The notes beneath the pieces are model-generated. The model was not told where the DNA came from and searched no databases. It saw only the letters and a list, made by a program, of their open reading frames with translations. A stretch of 64,000 nt of DNA from Callorhinchus milii. Lineage: Eukaryota. The stretch is from contig NW_024704742.1 of the NCBI RefSeq assembly GCF_018977255.1, positions 80,044,001 to 80,108,000 on the forward strand, written 5' to 3'. Within the stretch, counting starts at the first letter, position 1, and each line of letters begins with the position of its first letter. Of the stretch, positions 11,421 through 24,039 are shown in pieces. The position numbers were made by a program, and so were the translations under genes.

Positions 11421-12279
11421 TATTGTTTCCTTTTTTCATTTTTCTCTTTTCACCACTGATCATTGTTTTACAGTAGACTCTTACGTTTCTTTCACATCTT
11501 CTATTCCAATCTTCTACCTGACTGCTTGGTTTCCTTCAAAATATTGTTTTTCTTTAATTCTGTGTTGCATGTGGTGAATGTCTGGATCTTTAATATATAT
11601 CTTGATGATGTGATAAGGTGCTATATCAAATCTTGTTATTGTTTTTATTATCTTGGTTGGTAGAAATATTTCATTACAAACATACATTGGGGAAAACAGT
11701 AAGTCTACCAACTGGCAGAGATAAAGTTGTTCTCAACCACCAAGGATTAAACTGAAGAAAAACAATAGAACTTTTAAACTGATTTATCATATCAAAACAT
11801 CTGGAAGTGCAATTATTGTTCAAAAACAGGATCTCACATAACTATAGAAAGACATCGCCAAATATATTGTGGTTTGTAAAATGACTGATGGGTTTTGTTT
11901 GCCACCAAGAAATAAAGAGGATGGCAACCTTTGCTTAATAGTCCTTGCATTTAATATAGCACCTTTTACGTGGGAAGGACATCTCAATGTGCTTCACAGG
12001 TTTATTTTAAAGAGTTGTGAGAGTGTATTTTGTAGATGAACAATGTCCAGTAAAACTCTTATGTGAAGCATTTTGAGATAACTTGAAGGGTGTTAGATAA
12101 ATGTAAATTGTATTATATTGAGTCAGTGCTACTCTAACACCACCATAATAATAATAATAATAATTATAGTCCTGATATTTTTCCAAAACACTTTACAGGA
12201 TATATTGCAATGACGGTGTGTGTTTTGTGGGTAAATATTTCAAGAATAAAATAAGGAATGAAAGTGAAAAGTGTGACTT

Positions 12280-12905
12280 CCCAGCTGGACTATTCCAATG
12301 CCTTCTCGCTGGTCTCCCCAGCTCCACCATACACAAAATTCAATTAAGTCAAAACTCTGCCGCCCTGATAGTCAACCGCACAAAACTCCGTGCCCCATCA
12401 CACCAGTCCTTGCCAGGCACCACTGGCTCCCAATTACCGAATGGATTGATTTCAAGATCCTTTTACTAGTTTTCAAATCCCTTCATGTCCTCGCACCTCT
12501 CTACCTATCTGACCTGCTTACCTCCAACTCCACCACCCGCTGCCTCTACTCCCATCTAACCTTTTGCATTTATTCTTCCTATTATTTTGCTAAATGTTCA
12601 TCTTTTACCTCCATTTCTATTTCCGTATGATTATGTGTGGAATGAAATAAGCAGTGTTTCCAGAGCCTCAGGGCGGCCGTGCCTTCAGCCACTATGCCCC
12701 GAGGTTCTGGAACTGCCTTCCTCACTCCCTTCGTCTCGTTCCCTCCCTTCCCATTTTCAGGTCTCTGCTGAAGACCTTTCTTTTCGACCGCGCCTTTGGT
12801 CACCTACCTCCCCCTGGCTCGGCCCCGGGATCCGTTACTGTAAAGCGCCCTGAGACGCCGTCCGGCGTGGAGGGCGCTATATAAATCCAAGTTGTTGTTG
12901 TTGTT
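12280..12905 (+). mobile_element. L2 C-terminal fragment (12280-12560) and young type-B L2 3' end (12673-12905)
   Basis: LAGLPSSTIHKIQLSQNSAA...HWLPITEWIDFKILLLVFKSLH. 12673-12905 is near-identical to 6743-6980 and retains its CpGs. Confidence 0.9.
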
Positions 12906-13602
12906 TCAAAATACTTTAATTATCGCACCAAATACATTATGAAATGCTACAAATTTCACCCATATTTTCTTTTGACATTTCCCATTAGTGCTTCCCATTT
13001 TATTTCCTTTTGCAATTGATGCAGTCCCTATCTTCAAGCTTTCTGAGCAGCTTTCTGACCTTGCAATTCATGATATGCAATGAATGTCGCACAATTTCAG
13101 GACAAGCAAACAACACAATTGTCCTGTGCTTTTCTGCAAAGCATCTGCAAGTTGTGATTTCCTGATCCTGAAAATAAAGAAAATTTTGAAACTGGCTAAA
13201 GTGTAGTGAGGCTAATATTATTTAGACCCGATTCAAAAGTCAGCCTCTCTTCACTGACCGATTGGAAATTAAAAGTGTCACTTCAAAGCCAGCCTGAAAG
13301 AAAAAGATTAAACCTTCAAACTAGCAGCTGTTTAAAATAATAAGGTGTACTGAACAGAGTTAGTTGGAATCTTGCAATGGATGCACAACTGCAGCAGAAG
13401 AATGATGTGCACTCTTACACTGAGCTTTGCTTACAAACAGCCACTAAATTACACAGCAATTATGCTTCAACACATTTCAACATTATAGGCGCTATATCAA
13501 ATACAAGTATTATTATGATTACTATTACTATAATAAGAAGGGGAAGACGATTATGGTTCTGAAATCAATATAGTAGAAGCACTGACTATTACCAAAGTAC
13601 CA

Positions 13603-13915
13603 GAGTCCTGTAGCTCAGTGATTAGAGCACTCACTTTCCAAGCGAGAGACCTGGGTTCGATTCCCAGCAGGGTAACCTTGGGCAAGTTTCCTTACTCCAC
13701 ATGCCTGATGATAATCCCTCAAAAAAATAATAAATTGGTCATTTCAATCCATGACTGTTTGTGGGATCCTGCTGTGTGCAATTGGCTGCCGCGTTTTGCC
13801 CACAAATATACAGTCAATTCACTTTACAGTCTATTCTATGAAGAGCCTTGAGGCATCTAGAAGACATGAAAAGCGCTATATCAAATGCAAGGATTATTAT
13901 TCATTATTATTATTT
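13603..13915 (+). mobile_element. tRNA-derived SINE, short form
   Basis: Complete head-to-tail copy with a TACCAG target-site duplication (13598-13603 / 13915-13920). Tail loop TAGAA. Confidence 0.93.
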
Positions 13916-14019
13916 ACCAGTGCAATAATCTCACATGTAATACAAGATTCAGCTGTTCAACATTATGTCCTGGCCAATAATCTGCAGATAAATTAATAAT
14001 TCGCCTCTTGGTGGCTTGT

Positions 14020-14310
14020 CACCTTTAAGGCCATCCATGGCCTTGCCCCTCCTACCTCTCTGACCTGCTGACTTCCTACCAACCTGCCCGCTCCCTCCAT
14101 TCATCAGGCTCCAGCCTGCTCCATGTCTCCTGCCCGACCTGCCCTACCATCGGTGGCCGGGCTTTCAGCCTCTCTGCCCCCACACTCTGGATCTCCATCC
14201 CACGGTCCCTTCGCCTCGCTTCCTCCCTTGCCTCCTTCAAACAGGTCTCAAAATCTTTCTCTTTGACCCTGCCTTTGGTAGCTCTCCCACCTCTCTGCCT
14301 TTCTTCACCG
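14020..14310 (+). mobile_element. L2 3' fragment
   Basis: ACCTTTAAGGCCATCCATGGCCTTGCCCCTCCTACCTCTCTGACCTG...GCCTCCTTCAAA. Confidence 0.85.
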
Positions 14311-14634
14311 TTTATGCCTATTAAAATGGTCACTGCACATGACAATGAATAGTGTGAAAAACATCCAAAGCATTTTGGTTTAATAAGTTGCTATAAAAAT
14401 GTATGCTCTTTCTTTTTGTGTTTGTAGTATGACTGCATGACATGGATAACTATAATGTAAACTTTCCAGGGATTTGACACATGCGGAAACCCAGACAATA
14501 GTTAAGTGTATCCAAACCAGATTGAACGTTCCACTAATACGTGAAAATTCATGTAACTGGAATGGATTTGGGATGCATCCTTTTTACCTATTACTGAAGT
14601 GTGGCTGCTCATTCTCTTTTGTAAAAACAGATAA

Positions 14635-14950
14635 CAATAATTATTCTTCCATTTGATATAGCACCTTTCACATTCAAGAAAATGTCTCGGGAGACTTCAC
14701 AGGATATTACTATAAAGCCTCTCTGACTGTGCAATATGTGGGCAAAATGTGGCAGCCAGTTTGCATACAGCAATGTCCCACAAGCAACCATCATGTGAAT
14801 AATGTGAATAAATTTAGATTATTGGCCATGACAACGGGAGAAACTCCCTTCTCTTTTTGAGTACCGCTAAATGATCTCTAGCATCCACTGAACAGGCAGT
14901 ATGGTATCTCAATTAATGCAAAACTGCATTTGAGTGTCAGCCTAGATAAT
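14635..14950 (-). mobile_element. Old Deu-domain SINE
   Basis: Reverse-complement tail plus GCAGCCAGTTTGCATACAGCAATGTCCCACAA, TTGGCCATGACAACGGGAGAAACTCCC and GTGTCAGCCTAGA. Confidence 0.7.
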
Positions 14951-14964
14951 AAACTTACTTCCCC

Positions 14965-15970
14965 ATCTGCAGATATGGGGTCAACTTCCACATATACGCG
15001 GATGACATTCAACTCTATCTCTCTGCCTCCACCCTCGATTCCAGGACAACTGATTTCCTGACAGACTGTCTGTCAGACATGAAGACCTGGATAAGAGCCA
15101 ACTTTCTACAGCTGAATGTTAGCAAGACTGAGGCTCTCCCGATTGGCTCGCGCCAGAGCCTCAGCACCTCAGGCACTGGCAGCATCAGCATCCACGGATG
15201 CACACTCCACCTCACCAAGCCAGTTAGAAATCTGGGTGTCTTATTCAAGCCTCAACTATCCTTTCTCCCCCATATCTGTGCCTCTGCCATACCCCACCTC
15301 CACAACATTGTCCGACTCCGCCACTGCCTCACCCCTCAGGCCACCGAAGCCATCATACATGCATTCGTCACCTCAAGGTTCGACTATGGAAACACTCTCC
15401 CTGTCAGCCTTCCCAACTCTTCCCTCCACAAGCTGCAGATCATCCACAACTCTGCAGCTCGTGTCCTCTCCCGCACCAGGCTCCGTGACCCCATCACCCC
15501 CACCCTCGTCTGTCTCCACTGGCTCCCCATCCAGTAGAGGATAGAATTAAAAATCCTCGTCCTCGCTTTCAAGGCCCTCCATAATCTTGCTCCCTCCTAA
15601 CTTTCTGACCTGCTGACTCCCTATCAACCTGTCCGTTCCCTCCGCTCAGCAGGCTCCTGCCTCCTGCATGTCTCCTGCCTGACCTGCCCTACCATCGGTG
15701 ACTGGGCTTTCAGCCTCTCTGTCTCCACCTTCTGGAACTCCATTCCACAATCCCTACGGCCTTGCTCCCTCTCTTGCCTCCTTCATGGCACGACTCAAGG
15801 CCCTCCTTTTCAACTGTGCCTTCAGCCTCCCTCCTACCCCCTCTGCCCTCTTTCATCCCAGCCCTGCCCCTCCATGCTCAGGTCCTGATTCCCGACTGTT
15901 CAGGGCATTGGGACATCCTCCCAACATGAAAGGCGCTTTACGAATGTAATTTGCTTTTTTTNGTTGTTGC
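14965..15970 (+). mobile_element. L2 (type A) 5'-truncated, ~1 kb
   Basis: Begins GVNFHIYADDIQLY. ORF 15079..15537 reads LQLNVSKTE...VRNLGVLF...HAFVTSRFDY...HWLP. Type-A tail. Confidence 0.93.
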
Positions 15971-16009
15971 TTCGCCCACAAAATAAAGAGTCAATTCACT
16001 TTGCACCAA

Positions 16010-16195
16010 ATTATTATTTATTTTTATTTTATTTGAAGGGTTTACTATTTGAAGGGAGAATGACCCACCAATTGACTAACAACTGGGTTTCTCCTTACTG
16101 CAAGGTAAACAGAAACATGTGGAGTAAAGAAACTTGCCTAAGGTTTCGCTCTGCCCAGGAATAAAACCCAGGTCTTCTCGCTTGCTCTAACCAAT
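16010..16195 (-). mobile_element. tRNA-SINE long form, 5' half
   Basis: Reverse complement of GGCAGAGCGAAACCTTAGGCAAGTTTCTTTACTCCACA...CTGTTTACCTTGCAGTAAGG...GTTGTTAGTCAATTG. Confidence 0.75.
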
Positions 16196-16344
16196 ACACC
16201 AAAAACAATTAAATTAAAAACAATTTTAGAATTTCTGTGGTATATTTGGAGCTCAAATAGCTAACGCATTTCTCAATTTTTTTACAATATCTACTCATCC
16301 AAAATTCCTGTGTGTTTTGTTACTTCTGCAACATTTCCTAATTT

Positions 16345-16590
16345 TAGTATCAGCCTAAACTCAGTTGTTGGCACATTCACCTCTGAGGCAGAACATTGTG
16401 GGTTCAAGATTCATGTTTCTGAGCTCATGCTCTTGGTTGAAACTCCAGTCCAGTAATGGGGGGAGCACTACATTTTGGGAAATACTTTTCTTCAGAGAAA
16501 ATATTGAACAGAGATTTCATCTGTTTATTCTTCAGGCAGACATTAAAACTTTAATGATTATTGGTATAGGGAAAGAATTTTTTCCTAGTT
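16345..16590 (+). mobile_element. Old Deu-domain SINE, 5' part
   Basis: TCAGCCTAAACTCAGTTGTTGGCACATTCACCTCTGAGGCAGAACATTGTGGGTTCAAG (tRNA-like head), followed by a degenerate core. Confidence 0.6.
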
Positions 16591-16615
16591 TCCTTCTTTT
16601 TTTTTCCTTCTAGAT

Positions 16616-16846
16616 CAGGGGTGGCCAACCTTTCTGGTCGGCCGATAAAATAAACTTTCTTGATTGAGCATTTGCACTAGTCAACATTTGCACAATAAAT
16701 CAAGAAATACTTAATCAAGATAAAACTGAAACCAAAACATTGATTTAAAACAGACTTATCTAGACTAGTACAAATGTTCAGCGGGGCATTTCTTGATAAC
16801 CCCACAGGCCACTTCAGGTTCACTAGCCATGAGCTGGCCACCACTG
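16616..16846. mobile_element. Non-autonomous hAT (Charlie-type) MITE, 231 bp
   Basis: TIRs CAGGGGTGGCCAACCT / GAGCTGGCCACCACTG. 8-bp flanks TTCTAGAT and TTCTAACT (6/8 match), consistent with the NTCTAGAN target of Charlie-group hATs. Confidence 0.8.
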
Positions 16847-16999
16847 TTCTAACTAGAAATTGGAACATTGTATATAAAATAGCTGCCAAATCCCAGGTAA
16901 TTCACATTAATTTGTGAAGGAAGGACATTTACTAGTGACAGGTCACTGTCGTGAGGCAGTAACATCAACAATAATGTCTATGTCTTACCAAAAACTGGG

Positions 17000-17230
17000 G
17001 TTTCATGGGCAGGAGGAACTCGCTTCTCTTTTCGAATAGTACCATGGGATCTTTGACATCCACCTGATCAGGCAGATGGCACCTCGGTTTAATATCTCAA
17101 CTGTATGATGGCACTTCTGCCAAAGCAGTGCACCACCAGCACTATATTGGTGTGTCAGCCTAGACTATGCAAGTTTAATGTTGGAAAATGACTCAGAAGC
17201 GAGAATGCTATCAATTGGGCCAGGCTGACA
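17000..17230 (-). mobile_element. Old Deu-domain SINE (head + core)
   Basis: ATAGTACCATGGGATCTTTGACATCCACCTGATCAGGCAGATGGCACCTCGGTTTAATATCTCA...GTGTCAGCCTAGA...GACTCAGAAGCGAGAATGCTATCAATTGGGCCAGGCTGACA. Confidence 0.8.
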
Positions 17231-17874
17231 CAATGAAAAATGGGATATTGTGAACAAAACACCCTGCAGAGGTCAGTTGACCTACTCTCCAGTAACTTTC
17301 AGACTATTATTATTTTTATTTTTACTTTTAGACTAGGATGATAAGTTTTCATTTGAGATTATGGGAAAAGGAATTAGAAACCAAGTTTCTTACCATGTCA
17401 AACTTTTTGAAATGTCTTTGGTGGAATATCACTGTTTTTGTCTTTTTGTTGAACCTGCAATATAATCTTAAGCACCAAACTTTTTCCCATTATATGCACT
17501 GACTGTTATGTTACAAGACTTGGCTTTAGAACAAAGCTTGTTAAAGTATTAGATCTTTGGTAACCAGCTGAAATAAAAGTTTCGCTGAAAGTGAAATAAA
17601 ATCAATACTCTGCCGTCCTACAGATTGCAAGCAGTGCAAAGAATGACAAGTTAAGTGTGCTGCACAAAGTAATTCCCAGGATTTCATATTACACTGCCCA
17701 AAGAAAATAACAAAAATATATTACGCTCTGAGCTATCTGATCAGATAGTGGGGCCAAAAACACAATATACTCTGGTCAACTGTAAATATTTGATGTAGCC
17801 CATGCGCTCTGCAACCCAGATAAATGTGAATCTCAGCTCTGCATCCTCCCAAACATTTGATCAGTCAACCTACA

Positions 17875-18235
17875 AATGTTTGTGGGACATTTCTGTGTGC
17901 AATTGGCTGCCAAATTTTGCCCACAAAATAAGCAGTCAATTCACTTTACAATATATTCCCTGAAGCGCTTTGACACATCTCAGCGATAAATGCAAAGATT
18001 ATTATTGTTGTTGTTATATATTATAACTAATGCATGTTACCAGATCAATCCAGTTATGCTAAAACAATTCATTTCATAGTTTTGTTTAGGTTCTGATTTT
18101 TTTCAACAGTTGTTGCCGCCATTATTTTTTNACTGCAGTTTTCAGTACGTGATGTGATAATCAGCTTTACTCAGTTGGTGACACTCAGCACTAAGTCAGA
18201 AGGTTGTGGGTTCTGGCAACATATTGGAACTTTGA

Positions 18236-18267
<32 letters not shown>

Positions 18268-18435
18268 TTGGTTACTCAATCCATGATTGTTTGTGGGACA
18301 TTGCTCTGTGCAATTGACTGCTGGATTTCGCCCATAAAATATACAGTTAATTCACTTTACAGTCTATTCTGTGAAGCGCTTTGAAACATCTCAAAGACAT
18401 GATAAAGGTGCTATATCAAACGCAAGGATTATTAT
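17875..18435 (+). mobile_element. Two SINE 3' halves (17875-18005, 18240-18435) with (AAT)n at 18238-18266
   Basis: Both carry TTTGTGGGACATT...GTGCAATTG...CAGT(C/T)AATTCACTTTACA...GCAAGGATTATT-type tails. Confidence 0.8.
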
Positions 18436-20339
18436 GAATTGAATTATGTATCTCTCATTTTACTAAAGCTATGGCGTTTTCTACTTGGATGTAGATTGTA
18501 CAAGGAGAAAGCATTCTGACAAGAAAGATGCCTCACTCTCTAGTTGTAAACCAAATGGAATAGCAGAGCCCTCCCTCCCTTTTATTTTGTTCAAAAAAAT
18601 CTATTTTAAAAATGACGTTCTCTACTCACTTTTGTTTTGAAACCTAACTTATCACAGAACGATTTAGTTCTTTGGATTTGTACGCTCGGGCATCTAAAGT
18701 GCACCTAACAGCATGTCAATCCACACAAACTGTTGCATGTTTCTTAAATACATTTCTTTCTTTGCAGCTGCTGATTTATAGTGGTTTCATCCAATATGTG
18801 CGTGAAAGAGGCCGATTCTGACTTTAACCCATCGAATGAGGGATGATGTGACAGATTTAATGTTTTAGCACACAAGAGGCCTAAATGGGTTGGTGTGGGG
18901 GTGGGGAGAGAAAAAACATTATCAAAGAGGAGTCATTCCGAGCTACATGCAACCTGTCAATTTGTTTTCTAAATTGATTGCAGTGTGTGTCTCTGTCTCT
19001 CATTCCATTTCTCATTTAGAAAATAGAGACATGTAATTTGTTTCATCTCTGTTGGAATACCAGCTTGGAGGTAGAATGGAAAAGAGCTTCATTATGTTCT
19101 TATCAGATAAGCCCTCAATACAGTTGATGACGGAGACAGATGCAGCAGAATGGGCAGACCGACATAAACATTAGAAGTCAAGAGTGATTTTATTTGTGCT
19201 CAGTCATCTTTATTAAAACACAGTACAACTATTTTTAAAAAATTGTATCTGAAATATTTCTGTACCTTATTCCGTGGGGTTTTTAAGCATTTAAAAAATT
19301 AATTTTGAGTTCAGCTACAGAACAAAATAGGCTTAGTTCTTCGCTGTACAGAAACCGATGTAGTTGCATCATTACTTAAATGTTCTAACTCCAAAGATTT
19401 ATTGATCTCCCTGCACTCCTGTTAGATTACACAGGAAAGTGCCACTACTTCGATACAATGAATGCTGCACTCAGAATGGAGTTGCAAGGTTCCGGATATG
19501 CAAGGATAATTAACTTGAGGAAAATACATGTTCTTTAACTTCCATTGCAACAGCAGTTGTAATCTTATTTACTGCAGTCAGACATTTCGCTACTATGTGA
19601 TGTTTGGTAATATGAAGTCTGCATCCTAAAAGATAGGCTCCTCGTGCCAGCACAACATAAACTGTTTGTGTGCATAGAAGGGATAAGCAAAGTGTTTGTG
19701 GCATGAATTTTTCTACTTCAGTTTATTTTTGAGTTAAGATGACCCCTGCCCTCTCCTTCCCCCGCTCATTCCATCATCCAATTTATCAAACCCAAGGCCA
19801 GATATGTCAGACAGATTTGCTCCAAAGTTAATAGCAGGAATCAGCATCAAAAGTCAACCATTATTTAAAAGTGTAAGTCTACAGACTCATTGCCTTGAGA
19901 CTCCCCAATGTCACCATCCAGGAATTGCTTGTTCTGCCTACTCTGCTAGCCAGCTTCTTGTTGTCAATGCTTCAAAAAGTTTCCGTTTTTCTTACTATTT
20001 CTGCTCTAAGGAATATACTCCCAGTCCATTCAGTCAGAAACAAATTTAGGTTTAAGTTAATACATGCAGTATTCAGTGATGGAATTTGTGTCCAAAACTG
20101 TAACTGATAGGTTTCTGGTACCTTCAATTTAAAATGGTTAGTTTAATTACTACATGCCAATTCTAACAATATTTATTGTTGTCAGCCTACAATACTGGGT
20201 AGAAAAAGCCAAACTGGCAATAAATCCATTACCATCATATCGACTTTTGTTTAGCTTGCAGTACACATGCCAGAAGGTGACGCTTTCAAGCTCTATCCTG
20301 GAACTTTAAGCAAATAATAATAATTTATTTGTTTATTTG

Positions 20340-20790
20340 TTTGTTTGTTTGTTTTGAGGGAATATTACCCCACAAAAAGTAATCTGCCAATCGACTAACA
20401 ACAGGTTTCCTTCTTACTGCTAGGTAAACAGAGGTGTATGGAGTAAGGAAACTTACCTAAGGCTTCGCCCCACCCAAGAAATGAATCTGGGTTCCTCAAT
20501 AATAGTCCAGACTGATTCTCCAGTGCATTACTGGGGAAGTGCTGCATAGTTGGTAATGCCAACTTTTGGATGAGATGTTAAACCAAGATCCTGTCAACTT
20601 GTTCAAGTGGATGTTAAAGGTCCCATAACATGAACCTGAACACAGAAGGGTGACTTTACTATTGTCCCAGTCATTAAACCTTCATATAAATTGATCTTGC
20701 ACCTCATTGTTTGGATATGGGCTTTTGTGCACAAATTGGCTGCCACATTTTTCTCATTGACAGCTATTACCTCCAAAGTACTTTGAGATA
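20340..20790. mobile_element. Long-form tRNA-SINE middle (-, 20340-20480) and old Deu SINE (+, 20500-20790)
   Basis: TTACTGCTAGGTAAACAGAGG...GGAGTAAGGAAACTT; TTTGGATGAGATGTTAAACCAAG...GTGGATGTTAAAGGTCCCAT. Confidence 0.7.
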
Positions 20791-20904
20791 TTTCAATATT
20801 ATAGGAGATATAACAAAACAAAAGAATTATTCTTAGGCCTGGGACAGCACAGATTTGGGCTCACATAGAAGGTTAACTCTGGGAAACTACGAGTAAACCA
20901 AATG

Positions 20905-21085
20905 AAACCTTTTTTTGGTCATCCGTGTCCAACACATGTGGAAATCCATCACCGTGCTTTAGAATATCCAAACCAAACAGAGTTCCTTGCATTCCAATTA
21001 TACATGGAGATTCCCCGAGATATTTTTTGGAATGGTATGCGCACTCTCTCCCTAGAGGGACACATCCTGCAAACTCAGAGACAGG
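20905..21085 (-). mobile_element. Unclassified retroposed family X, 3' ~180 bp
   Basis: The reverse complement reads ...CCCTCTAGGGAGAGAGTGCGCATACCATTCC...TTTGGTTTGGATATTCTAAAGCACGGTGATGGATTTCCACATGTGTTGGACACGGATGACCAAAAAAA, matching 40930-41095. Confidence 0.8.
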
Positions 21086-21753
21086 CAACACCTGATAGTG
21101 TTCCTTCAAGTGATCCTTAAATAAGATAAGGAACACTTTAAGGAAAACTACATATTTAGCTGCATTATATCTAAACCACATTTACCAGACTCATTACATA
21201 ACTATACGAAAAGTGGTTTATATTAATGTATCTATTCATTTTAAATATATTGTACTGTTGTCCTTTGTTTTGGTGTGAGGAAAAGGAGAGAGAGAATTTA
21301 ATTGTTATTGTATTTTGAATATATTCAATATTTGAATTAATTCCATGTTGTTACTGATAACTGGTACCCATCTGTATCCTTGAATTGAAAACAGGAAACA
21401 ACAATTCCATAACATTTATTTGCTTTTGAAGTTTTACAAATTCTTTGGCTCCATTCTGACACTAATAAATGGAATCTGACAAGGTATTAATTAAGAAAAT
21501 GCATTTGAAATCAATGGCTTTCCCATTTCCTGATCCAAAGGTTGTAAGTGTGCAACCTTGCTATTAGCTCTGTTAATCTTCCATGAATGAAAGTCTGGCT
21601 CATTTCCAACCAGCAACATTAACTAGAGCATAACATTTGTGTGATTTGTTGTACATGCTGTTGGTTGAATGCACATAAATTGCTTTCTTGATCGATACAC
21701 CAGGAATGTAACATATTTCAATGCAGAGGGCTGGTGTGTGCCATGTATGGCAT

Positions 21754-22121
21754 AATAAAATAATCCTTGGATTTGATATAGTACTTTATCACACCTTCGA
21801 GATATCTCAAAGCACTTCACAGAATATTCTGTAAAGTGAATTGACTGTATATTTTGAGGACAAAATGCAACAGCCAATTGTGCACTGTAGTGTCCCACAA
21901 ACAGTTGTGGATTGCAGTGACCAATTTATTATTATTTTGAAGGAATTATTACCACCAGATAAGCAATTTGCCAATCGACTAACAACCAGGCTCTTAATTA
22001 CTGCTAGAAAAACAGAGGGGCGGGCAGAGTAAGGAAACTTGTCCAACATTTCGCCCTGCCGAAAATCGGACCCAAGTCTTTCGCCTGCTGGTGATCTAAC
22101 CACTGGGCTACAGGACTCCAC
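21754..22121 (-). mobile_element. tRNA-SINE, long form, complete
   Basis: Head GTGGAGTCCTGTAGCCCAGTGGTTAGA..., internal CTCTGTTTTTCTAGCAGTAATT...GTTAGTCGATTGG block, Deu 3' half and tail. Confidence 0.9.
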
Positions 22122-22183
22122 TGTCATCCAATTATATTTGAAATACAAAAATAATAATAATAATCTTATTGAAGTCAAAACTG

Positions 22184-23049
22184 TTGAAGACAAGGAGCCA
22201 GTGTAGCCTGGTGAAGACGGATATATGGGTAAGGAGCTGGGCAACTGAGTTTTGTTTAAGCTACGGCTTGATTCTATGATACAACTGGGATAAAAGATGT
22301 AAGAAAACATAGAATGAAAGAAAATAATTTGGGATATCTGTCTCACTCTCTGAGTGAAACTCTATGGTGTCTGTCCTGAAATGCAACATGAGTAAAAGAA
22401 GTACAAGTTACAGCAATCCACTCATGTCAATGGTGGCTGGAGCTCCCAGTGCTCCCGGCAGGGCGAAATGTTGGGCAAGTTTCAAAAACCACAACAACAA
22501 CAACTTGCACTTACATAGCACCTTCCACACAGGGAAGCATCTCAGAGTGTTTCCTGCAGACTGATCAGAGTACTAATATCATGAGCATAACTTCTGGGGA
22601 TCTGAACTCAAATCAATTTACCAGAGAGTTGCTGGTACCTGGTATCTAACTTGTGAAGCTCAATATTATACTGTTGTGAAATGACCAATTAGTCATTTCC
22701 TTGGGTGAGGGGGTAGGTAAGCGTGATCTTCTTGGTGTTGCTTACAAATACGCAATCACTCCATTTGACAGTAAAATCCTGGTGAGGGTATGAGATTGTG
22801 AAAAGAATTGGAGTTGAGCATGAGGATCTTATAGTCGATAGTTTGAAGACAAGGAGCCAGTGTAGCCCTGGTGAAGATGGAGGTGATGGATATATGGTAA
22901 GGAACTGGGCAACTAAGTTTTGTTTGAGCTACAGCTTGATTCTGTGATGCAACCGGGATAAAGATATAAGAAAACATGGAATGAAAGAAAGTAATTTGGA
23001 ACATCTGTCTCACTCTCTGAGTGAAACTCTATGGTGTCTGTCCTGAAAT
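22184..23049. repeat. ~200-bp imperfect direct duplication (22184-22382 and 22843-23049)
   Basis: Both copies run TTGAAGACAAGGAGCCAGTGTAGCC...TCTGTCTCACTCTCTGAGTGAAACTCTATGGTGTCTGTCCTGAAAT with scattered substitutions and small indels. Confidence 0.93.
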
Positions 23050-23208
23050 TGCCCTTTTACACTAAACTTATGTCCTCTTGTCCTACTGGCTTGTTGCATC
23101 CTAATATATTGGCTTGTGTTCGGTTTGAAAGCGACCCACCGAAAGTCGTAAATTGAATTCCAGATTACAGAATACACAAAGGTTGTATTATCACCAGTAA
23201 CTGATTAT

Positions 23209-23836
23209 ACCTGTAGCTCATTGGTTAGGGAGCTCACCTCGCAAGCGAGAGACCTAGGTTTGATTCCCGGCAGGGCAAAACCTTGGACATGTTTCCTTAC
23301 TCCACACGCCTGATAATAAACCCTCAAGAAAAAAAATAATAAATTGGTCATGTCAATCCACGACTGTTTGTTGGACACTGCTGGGTGGAATTGGCTGCTG
23401 TGATTCACCCACAGGGAATCCTGTAGCTCAGTGATTAGAGCACTCGCTTTGCAAGCGAGAGACCTGAGTTCAATTCCAGGCAGGGCGAAACCTTGGGCAA
23501 GTTTCCTTACTCCACACGCCTAATAATAATCCCTCCAAAAAAACAAAACAATAATAAATTGGTCATTTTCAATCTACGACTGTTTGTGGGACATTGCTGT
23601 GCGCAATTGGCTGCCGCGTTCACCCACAAATATACAGTCAATTCACTTTACAGTGTGTTCTGTGAAGCGCTTTGGGACGTCCTCCTGACGTGAAAAGCGC
23701 TATACCAAATCCAAGGATTATTATTATTATTATTATAAATATACAGTCAATTCACTTTAAAGTATATTCTGTGAAGTGCTTTGAGACATATAGAAGACGC
23801 AAAAAACGCTGTATCAAATGTAAGGATTATTATTAT
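23209..23836 (+). mobile_element. SINE-in-SINE: short-form SINE (23209-23413 + 23737-23836) interrupted by a younger one (23414-23736)
   Basis: The outer copy breaks at CACCCACA|AAATATACAG and resumes after the inner (TAT)n tail. The outer flanks share ATTATACCTG. Confidence 0.92.
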
Positions 23837-24039
23837 ACCTGCAGAGGCTGATGTTAAACAATGGAGTCAAGTGCCAGAGACATTAAATGTTTATCAGTGA
23901 TTTATTTCACCATGATGATCTGTCCAGGTAAGGTTTTGTCTGAATGTCTCTGCTTTTCAATTAGAAGAGGTTGTTTTTATAATCGTCTCTGCTTTTTAAA
24001 TTTTTAAATGCAGGAGTGGAGGTGTCAATTGCGATGATT

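Noticed and set aside
22184..23049. LTR pair / TRIM
   Set aside because: No consistent TG..CA ends, PBS, PPT or TSD; the repeat ends run into L2 and CR1 sequence in the second copy.
23119..23149. Possible H-type pseudoknot (TTCGGT/ACCGAA; GCGAC/GTCGT)
   Set aside because: Stems of 5-6 bp in a single copy are compatible with chance.
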